Assembly: GCA_963664825.1 (NCBI GenBank)
Contig: OY761614.1
Location: 2,432,001 to 2,496,000, forward strand
DNA from: an uncultured Holophaga sp.
GTDB lineage: Bacteria > Acidobacteriota > Holophagae > Holophagales > Holophagaceae
Direction of reading: 5' to 3'
Length of the DNA stretch: 64,000 nt
The notes beneath the pieces are model-generated. The model ran no database searches, was not told the origin of the DNA, and worked only from the letters and a program-made list of their open reading frames with translations. Below, in pieces: positions 57,420-64,000 of the stretch; position 1 is the first letter of the stretch, and the number at the start of each line of letters is the position of its first letter. Position numbers and translations under genes: made by a program.

Positions 57420-59074
57420 GGGGCCTCTCGCTTCTGCTGCTGCCCGCGGTCCTCACAGCCGCAGGCGATCCGCTGCCCGCCGAGGTGCGTGCCAAGGCGC
57501 CGGGGGGAACTTCGGTGGCTTTGCGTCTCGTCTTCCGGAAGGGGATCCAGGTCGATGCCTCGGGCCTGCCCAAGGCCTTTTGCGCCCGAAGCGCGCCCTC
57601 CAAGGGGTGGCTCGGTTTCGAGGAACTCTCCCCCGAGGGCAAGCGCTGGGCGCTCCAGGTGCTCTGGCCCCAGGACGCGTGGCGCAAGGACGAGGTGTGC
57701 CACCGGGTCCACTGGGCGGAGCTGGAGTCCGTGTGGCTGTTGGCCGCGCTCTTCACGGGCCATGGGCAGAACTACGATCAGTTGGAGAGCGCCAACCCGA
57801 AGAATCTGGAAAAGCTCGAGAAGGGCGATCTCTGGCGGGTCCCCAAGACCCTGCTCTCCGTGGAACTGGGAGGGACGGTCAAGGGCATCCTGGACCGCAG
57901 CCAGCCCGAGGATGATCTCGATGACGAGGCCCGTGTGGCGGCCTACCGGAAGCTCCTGAATTTCGGCGAGGACAAGGGGGGCAAGTATGCCGCCTATCGC
58001 CTGCGGAAGGGCGAAGCCCTCTATTCCAGCGTCGTGATGCGCTACACGGATCGCGTGGATCCCAAGGGCGTCAATGAACTCGCCCTGGAGATCGCCCGCC
58101 GCAGTGGCATCAGTGAAGTGCGGGGGATTCCCCCCGGCACCCTCATCAAGATCCCGATTCAGCATCTTTCGGATCCCTTCCAGCCCGAAGGCACCGAGGG
58201 GTTGAGGGAAGAGCGGGAAGTGCGGGAGGAAGTGCGGCGCACGCCCAGGGTCGATGCCGGGGCGAAGCTGAAGGGCCTTCGGATTGTGCTGGACGCCGGA
58301 CACGGGGGCGTCGATATCGGCGCCACGGCCAATGGGGTCTGGGAATCGGACTTCGTCTACGACATCACCATGCGCACCCGGCGGATTCTGGAGCAGGATA
58401 CCGAGGCCATCGTATCGACGACCATCCGCTATCCCGGCCTTGGGTTCAAGGTGCGGGACGAGATCCCCCACCCCACCCGGTCGGCGGAGATCCTCACCAC
58501 GCCCCCCTTCGCCAACGATGGCGAATCGCCCAATGCCGTCAGCGTGCACCTGCGCTGGGTGCTGGCCAATGACATGCTGGCCTCCTTCCTCCGGCAGGGC
58601 GATGTGCGCAAGACCCTCTTCATCAGCCTCCACGCCGATAGCCTCCACCCGAGCGCCCGGGGCACGATGGTCTACGTGGCCGGAGCCGCCAGCGTGCCGC
58701 CCAGTTTCGCGCTAGGCGCCTCCAAGGGGGCCCATGTCGCGGAGATGAAGCGCGGTTCCAAGGTCAGTTTCTCCCCCAAGGAACGCCTGCAAGGCGAAGC
58801 CCGGAGTCGGCTCTTCGCGGAGGCCATCCTCAAATCCCTCAAGCAGGAGAAGGTGCCGGTGCACGCGAATCGTCCCATCCGCAATGTGATCCGCCGCGGG
58901 GGCAAGAGCTTTGTCCCGGCCGTCATCAGCCATTGCAGCGCCAGCACCAAGGTGCTCATCGAGGTGGCCAACCTCACCAACGAAGACGATGCGGAAAACC
59001 TGAAGCACCCAGAATTCCGGGAGCGCTACGCCGAGGCTCTGGTGAAGAGCATCCGGGCCTATTTCGGAAAATGA
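57416..59074 (+). CDS. N-acetylmuramoyl-L-alanine amidase (Amidase_3) with N-terminal extension
   Basis: Signal peptide; IVLDAGHGG.D.GA...E, FISLHAD, VLIEVANL.N..D. Alternative start at 57407. Confidence 0.9.
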   Translation: MRGLSLLLLPAVLTAAGDPLPAEVRAKAPGGTSVALRLVFRKGIQVDASGLPKAFCARSAPSKGWLGFEELSPEGKRWALQVLWPQDAWRKDEVCHRVHWAELESVWLLAALFTGHGQNYDQLESANPKNLEKLEKGDLWRVPKTLLSVELGGTVKGILDRSQPEDDLDDEARVAAYRKLLNFGEDKGGKYAAYRLRKGEALYSSVVMRYTDRVDPKGVNELALEIARRSGISEVRGIPPGTLIKIPIQHLSDPFQPEGTEGLREEREVREEVRRTPRVDAGAKLKGLRIVLDAGHGGVDIGATANGVWESDFVYDITMRTRRILEQDTEAIVSTTIRYPGLGFKVRDEIPHPTRSAEILTTPPFANDGESPNAVSVHLRWVLANDMLASFLRQGDVRKTLFISLHADSLHPSARGTMVYVAGAASVPPSFALGASKGAHVAEMKRGSKVSFSPKERLQGEARSRLFAEAILKSLKQEKVPVHANRPIRNVIRRGGKSFVPAVISHCSASTKVLIEVANLTNEDDAENLKHPEFRERYAEALVKSIRAYFGK

Positions 59075-59140
59075 AAAGCCACCACGGAGTGTGCGCGGGG
59101 CCGCTCCGCGGTGAATCGAACTTTTGCAAGAGCCGCCCTA

Positions 59141-59869
59141 TCAGACGGTGGCTGGGGGTTCTTCCACGGCCCCTTCTACGGTCGTATAGAGGGCCAGGAA
59201 GCTCAGGCTCAAGAGGAGATCGAGGGATCCGCTCAGCAGGCGCCCCGCCCAGATCGCGGGATGGGTCATCCGCTGCCAGGGGGTGGGATCGGGCACCCAT
59301 CTCATCACGCACCAGCCCAGGCCGAAGATGAGGAGCAGGTAGGCTCCCAGGAGCAGGAGGCTCGTCCTCAGCACCGGGAGCCAGGTCTTGGCCGCGATGG
59401 CCAGACTGCTGCGCAGAGCCTGGGCCAGGGATTCCCCTCGCAGGAGCACGCGCAAGGGGGCCCATCCGAACATCAGGGCCAGGACGACTCCCGGGGCGAT
59501 GAACAGAGCCGCCCCCAGGCCCACGGCGAGGTAGATGAGCATGCGGGCGCCGAAGGCCTTCAGCCAGCGCTGTTCGAAGCACTCCTTCCACTGGTCCCTG
59601 GGGTTCTGGGGGTGATCGGTGGTCTCGGCGTCGAGGCGGGCCTGGAAGCGGGGCACGAAGTAGAGTTCGAGGGGGAGGATGGCGGCGAAGCCCAGCGCCG
59701 ATTGGGTGGCCAGTTCATCGGGCAGGCCCAGGCGGATCTGCAGAAGGGGCCCCAGGGCGGCCAGGAGGGTGCCCAGGGCCACGATTCCAAGGGCAATGAC
59801 CGGGTGGCGCTTCAAGAGGCTGAGGCCCGAGGAAAAGGCGCGGAGGGGGCCTGCGGCGGCAAGGGACAT
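59141..59869 (-). CDS. Hypothetical multi-pass membrane protein
   Basis: Five to six hydrophobic segments; G.ALFIAPGV motif. Confidence 0.7.
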   Translation of the reverse strand: MSLAAAGPLRAFSSGLSLLKRHPVIALGIVALGTLLAALGPLLQIRLGLPDELATQSALGFAAILPLELYFVPRFQARLDAETTDHPQNPRDQWKECFEQRWLKAFGARMLIYLAVGLGAALFIAPGVVLALMFGWAPLRVLLRGESLAQALRSSLAIAAKTWLPVLRTSLLLLGAYLLLIFGLGWCVMRWVPDPTPWQRMTHPAIWAGRLLSGSLDLLLSLSFLALYTTVEGAVEEPPATV

Positions 59870-59945
59870 CCCTGAAGGATAGAACGGCTCGCCCCCTCGG
59901 GGCCATCCCTGATGAAATTCACCGGGCCGCGCTATGATGGCCGGG

Positions 59946-60461
59946 ATGAATCTCCAGGCCCCCTGCCTTCTGGTGGCAAACCCCTTGCTGCTGGACCCCA
60001 ACTTCCTGCATACGGTCGTGCTCCTCCTCGAACACGACGAACAGGGAGCGATGGGCCTGGTGCTGAACCGTCCCCTGCCGCTGGAACTGGCGCAGATATG
60101 CGCTGAGAGCCATCTCACCTTTGCGGGGGACGGACAATCCACCGCGTTTCGCGGCGGGCCCGTGGAACCTCAGCGGGGCATCATCCTGGTGCGGGGCGGG
60201 CTGCCCGAGGAGGAGGATACGGTCCTGGATTTCACGGATTTCGTGAGCTTCCGCAAGGATCTGCTCGAATCGCTGCTGCTGGATCCAAGCGCCACCTATC
60301 GCCTCTTCCTGGGCTATGCGGGCTGGGGCCCCGGCCAGCTCGAGGCGGAGATGACCCAGAGGGCCTGGACCTCCATGCCCTTGAAGCCCGAGTGGCTGAT
60401 GCATGAGGAACCCCGCACCCTCTGGCCGCTCGCCATCGAAGAGGCCGCTGGCGGCCTTTAG
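59946..60461 (+). CDS. YqgE/AlgH family protein
   Basis: LLVA.P.L.DPNF...VV.L.EH...GAMGLVLNRP, GGPV, LGYAGW.PGQLE.E. Confidence 0.93.
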   Translation: MNLQAPCLLVANPLLLDPNFLHTVVLLLEHDEQGAMGLVLNRPLPLELAQICAESHLTFAGDGQSTAFRGGPVEPQRGIILVRGGLPEEEDTVLDFTDFVSFRKDLLESLLLDPSATYRLFLGYAGWGPGQLEAEMTQRAWTSMPLKPEWLMHEEPRTLWPLAIEEAAGGL

Positions 60462-60465
60462 GCCT

Positions 60466-61530
60466 CTAGCGATGCAGCAGCAGTCCGTCGTCGTCATCTT
60501 CGACGCAGCGGAGAGGGGCATCGGATTCCAGGAGCACCGCGTCCTCGTAGATGTTGTGGAGCTTGGGCTCGTATTTGTGGGATTCCCCCAGGCGAGGGTC
60601 GTCGGAAAGCATTACGGCCAGGCGGCAGAGCCCCTTGATCTTGGCCGGTTCCACCCCCAGGATGCCGGCCAAGAGCTTGAGGGGGCTTGGGGCTTCACCG
60701 GGGGCGATGCGCGTGGAGAAGAGCAGCGTGTCCTTCTCCCATTCCATGGATGTGACGAAGCCGCGCACCTCGATGCGCTTGACGCCCTTGCGGCCATCCA
60801 CCTTGCCTGTCTTCTCGATCTCGAAGTGGGTGGACCGCCGGAAGGCCTCCAAGAGCTGCTTGGCCGTGCCGAGCAGATCTTCGGGGCAGTCCCAACGCCA
60901 GCGCGCTTCTTGAGCCAGTTCCAAGAGGGTGGAACTGTGATTGGGGACCAGGTGAGCGCTGAGAAATTTCAATCCCGCTGGGGCGTGCGCCGCCAGGCGG
61001 GCAGGCCAATCCTCCACTGGGATGGGACTCGGTTCGCGGAGGATGCAATCGGCCCATTCGCCCATCCCTTCGGCCCCCAGGGGCAGTGGGGGGCCCAGGG
61101 TGACCATGGGGCGTGGGGTCTTCTCCAACCCAAGCGCGATGGGCATGCCGCCCTGAAGGAGAGCCTGCACGAGGGTGTGCAGCAGGGCGGAGGGATTGAG
61201 TTCGCTGGCCGGGCTCCGCACCTCGAAGCAGAAACGGCAGGTGCGGCGGCCGGGATCCAGCTGCCATTGCTGGAGTCTCAGCCCGCGGGCCTTGCCTGCG
61301 GCGGATTCAAGGGCGAGGCGCAGGATCTCCCATTGGGGGGTCTTGCGCAGATTGGAGTGGGGATGGCACTTCCGGAACATGGCCAGGGCTGATTCGATGA
61401 GGCCCTCGGTCTCCAGAGGCTCCAGGATGCCTTGGAGGGCGGTGGCCTGGGGGGCCTCGCCGGCCAGCAAGTCCTGGAATGCCTTGAGGGTAGGGTTCCC
61501 CGGGTCGGGGGTGGGTTCGGCAGCGCGCAT
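60466..61530 (-). CDS. Radical SAM-associated protein (DUF2344 / TIGR03936-like)
   Basis: P.P...LGPPLPLGAEG.GEW.D; L....P.GL; K..K.I.VR. Confidence 0.75.
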   Translation of the reverse strand: MRAAEPTPDPGNPTLKAFQDLLAGEAPQATALQGILEPLETEGLIESALAMFRKCHPHSNLRKTPQWEILRLALESAAGKARGLRLQQWQLDPGRRTCRFCFEVRSPASELNPSALLHTLVQALLQGGMPIALGLEKTPRPMVTLGPPLPLGAEGMGEWADCILREPSPIPVEDWPARLAAHAPAGLKFLSAHLVPNHSSTLLELAQEARWRWDCPEDLLGTAKQLLEAFRRSTHFEIEKTGKVDGRKGVKRIEVRGFVTSMEWEKDTLLFSTRIAPGEAPSPLKLLAGILGVEPAKIKGLCRLAVMLSDDPRLGESHKYEPKLHNIYEDAVLLESDAPLRCVEDDDDGLLLHR

Positions 61531-61699
61531 GGATCCAGCATACGATGGGGCCGGGGGGGTTTTCCGCAGCCTCTGAGGAGATCCGGGTGGGAAATGCGAA
61601 GGTCCCCTTGAGAATCAGGGCTTCATCCGAATGCTGAAAAATTTGTGCAACCCCTCCGGAGCCGGGAATGGTATTTAGAGCCCCGGAATGGGAAGCCGA

Positions 61700-62782
61700 T
61701 CAGCCCTTGCCATCCCGCTTGCTCTCGACGTGGCGCTTGGCTTCCCGGCGCAGGATCTCGGCCACGTTTCGGTCCTTGACCATCAGCTTCATGTCGAAGT
61801 CATTGATGCGCTTGAGGAGATTGACCGCGATGGCGATGGGCGTGCGGGGATTTTGAACGAGATTTCGCACGATGGGGTATTTTTTCATCCATTCTCTGTT
61901 CATGGAAATAATGCGCAGCACCTCCTCCTGCACCTGTCGCATCTGGGCGATGTAGGTCACTTCACCTTCGGTGATGCGCCCGTTCCGGATGACGGAGACC
62001 TGGATCAGGCGGTTGGATTCGCGGATGAGGAGGGTGCGCTCCTCCTTGCCCCCCTTCTGGGCCAGCATGATTTTCTGGTTGGTGCGGAGTTTCATGACGC
62101 GCTGGGTGAGGGACAGGGAGATCTCCTGGCCCTCCTCGTCCAGGATGGGCTTCAGCAGCCGCGCCGACCGGGCCACTTCGGATTCGGGTTCCTCTTCCTG
62201 GTTCTGGCCCGGGATGGGCAGGGCCGCCCAGGCGTGGTCCAGCTTCCCGGCCTCCACGTCGTCGATGATCTCCAGGCGCTCCTTGGCGATCTCGTCGGTG
62301 ATCTGCCGCAGCACATCCCGGCGGAATTCCTGGATTCTCCGTTTGACGTCGTAGACGGCCTCGGGGTGCTCTTCGATGAGATCGAGGATGACTGGCCGCT
62401 CGATCCAGAAGACCTGGTTATTGAGGGGGATCTCCAGCACCGAGCCCGGGAGGAAGGGGATGGCCCGTTCCATCCAGTCGGCTTGGAGATCCTCATGCAG
62501 GAGGGCCGTCTCCAGGAGAGCCGGGTCCTTCCGGTGCATGAGGATCAGGCCCAGGGGATCCGGCGGTTCCACCGGCCCGATGATCGCGTTGGAGAGAAGG
62601 CTCTCCGGCATTCCGTTCAGGGTTTCCTTGGCTCTTTCGGCAAAGGGCGTCTCATGGAAGATGGCGTGGCTCAGGGCCTGCAGCAGATCCAGGGGCGGGA
62701 TGGGGAGCCCTCCGCCGGTCAGGGCCAGTGCCATCGGCTCTGGAAGTTGACCGGCGATGAACTGCGCGACCAATGGATGCAT
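61700..62782 (-). CDS. Conserved hypothetical helical protein
   Basis: Strong coding bias; QKI.LA.KG.KE.R.LLIR.SN..I...V..N.RIT..E, LV.NP.TP motif. Confidence 0.75.
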   Translation of the reverse strand: MHPLVAQFIAGQLPEPMALALTGGGLPIPPLDLLQALSHAIFHETPFAERAKETLNGMPESLLSNAIIGPVEPPDPLGLILMHRKDPALLETALLHEDLQADWMERAIPFLPGSVLEIPLNNQVFWIERPVILDLIEEHPEAVYDVKRRIQEFRRDVLRQITDEIAKERLEIIDDVEAGKLDHAWAALPIPGQNQEEEPESEVARSARLLKPILDEEGQEISLSLTQRVMKLRTNQKIMLAQKGGKEERTLLIRESNRLIQVSVIRNGRITEGEVTYIAQMRQVQEEVLRIISMNREWMKKYPIVRNLVQNPRTPIAIAVNLLKRINDFDMKLMVKDRNVAEILRREAKRHVESKRDGKG

Positions 62783-62783
62783 A

Positions 62784-63614
62784 TCACTCCTCGACGGGCG
62801 TTTCAGGATCGGTCTGGGGCACATGGAGGGGGCGTTCGGGAGGGACCTCCACGGGGAGGATCCAGCGGCCCTCCGCGTCGAAGTTGCCCGACCATGGCTC
62901 TCCCACGGCGCCTCCGTGATTGATGCGTCGACCGGCGACCTCGACGGTGACGACTCCGGCATTGTCCAGGGAGAGGGTGAAGGGGCCCTTGACCCGCAGG
63001 GTCCAGGGCTCGGAAACGCGCATGGGGTGGGGCAGATCCACGCCTTCGCCCTGGATTCGGCCATTGCAGGCATCCATGGCGCGCAGGCTGACCAGGATGC
63101 CCTCGGCGTTCACCGGGGCCTCCGGGAACACTTCTCCGAGCACGGGATAGGGCGTCGCAGGGGTCTTCGGCACCCACACAGCCGCGGGCGTGAATCCCCG
63201 GTGGGTCTCCCGGGGCAGCGCGCCTCCCTTGATATCCCGGCCCGGCACCACCAGCCAGAGGAGCAGCGCCACGCTGCCCAGGGTGAGGCCGCCCATGAGC
63301 ATCTGCTCGACGCGTTCTCGGGCCGGATCCGGGGCGTCCATGGTCGGACCGCCGGGCACCTGGGCCCAGGCCTCGGCATAGAGCGCGAGATCGATGCCCA
63401 GGTGGGAAGCGATCCTGCGGGCCAGGGGGCGCTCCCGCCCAGGGGGAACCTGGGGCCAGTCCTCGGTCTCGATGGCGGCCAGCAGGGCTACCGGCATCCG
63501 CAGTTCCCGGGCCAGCGTCTGCTGATTCAGGCCTTTGGCGACGCGCGCGGCCCGGAGCACCTCGCCGATGCCGAAGGCTTCCGTGTCCTGTTGGCTACTG
63601 TCTGTCCCCATCAT
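62784..63614 (-). CDS. RodZ-like protein (HTH, TM, DUF4115-like)
   Basis: IGEVLR.AR..KGL....LA..L....L.AIE..DW..VP; TM; L.NAGVV.V.V.G. Confidence 0.75.
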   Translation of the reverse strand: MMGTDSSQQDTEAFGIGEVLRAARVAKGLNQQTLARELRMPVALLAAIETEDWPQVPPGRERPLARRIASHLGIDLALYAEAWAQVPGGPTMDAPDPARERVEQMLMGGLTLGSVALLLWLVVPGRDIKGGALPRETHRGFTPAAVWVPKTPATPYPVLGEVFPEAPVNAEGILVSLRAMDACNGRIQGEGVDLPHPMRVSEPWTLRVKGPFTLSLDNAGVVTVEVAGRRINHGGAVGEPWSGNFDAEGRWILPVEVPPERPLHVPQTDPETPVEE

Positions 63615-63658
63615 GGTTACCAGTCTAATGGAAGCATCCTCCGCAGGGAGGCATCCGG

Positions 63659-64000
63659 TCAGGGTTTCCAACCCACGGGGATCTCCCGCAGCATCCTGGC
63701 GAGCTGTTCCCGGCGCTCGTCCCGGTTGAGGCGGCGCTCATCCATGGTGCCTCGGTGGGCCATGGCATCGCCCATGGTCTGCTGGAGATGGTCCGGGGTG
63801 AGGAAACTCTGACCGGCCAGCCAGGCCTCGGCCTTGGCCAGTGCCAGCCAGTGGTGGACGGCGCGGGTCGAGCAGAAGCCCCCATCCTTGCGGATCCGAC
63901 CGATGACCCGTTCCACATAGTCCAGGACGGCGCCGGAGACCTGGATGGCCTTGACCGAGGCCTGGGCGGCCTGCCAGGCCGGGAGTTCCATGGCCGGACC
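63659..64000 (-). CDS. MoxR-like AAA ATPase, C-terminal part; start lies outside the window
   Basis: V...V...VLDY...R, S.RA...L..AKA.AWL.G..F.TPD, AHR lid motif. Confidence 0.8.
   Translation of the reverse strand, partial: GPAMELPAWQAAQASVKAIQVSGAVLDYVERVIGRIRKDGGFCSTRAVHHWLALAKAEAWLAGQSFLTPDHLQQTMGDAMAHRGTMDERRLNRDERREQLARMLREIPVGWKP

Overview
A GC-rich chromosomal segment with densely packed, mostly housekeeping genes. Gene content and style suggest an Acidobacteriota (Holophagaceae-like) host; this is an inference and was not checked. Core genes are efp, prfB, bamD, glgB, pfkA, lpxD, tdk, coaD, ddl, ampG, nadE, gatA, an E2 acyltransferase, pilMNOPQ, tRNA-Val(CAC) and tRNA-Leu(CAA). Also present are two Ser/Thr kinases, two PP2C phosphatases, three tandem secreted M13 peptidases, an MCP, a Ski2-like helicase and a split RdgC pair. 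I found no integrase, transposase, CRISPR array or prophage. The best candidates for undescribed biology are: (1) a non-canonical ArgR-family regulator behind a 10-bp-phased TGCAAAT array, divergent from an unannotated 4-Cys peptide, with a second ArgR paralog 2.7 kb away; (2) a MocR/GabR regulator that has lost its PLP-binding residues and is translationally coupled to a membrane Ser/Thr kinase; (3) a VanZ-LpxH fusion; (4) an EF-P with Asn at position 34; (5) prfB without its frameshift site; (6) several structured intergenic elements with internal repeats.
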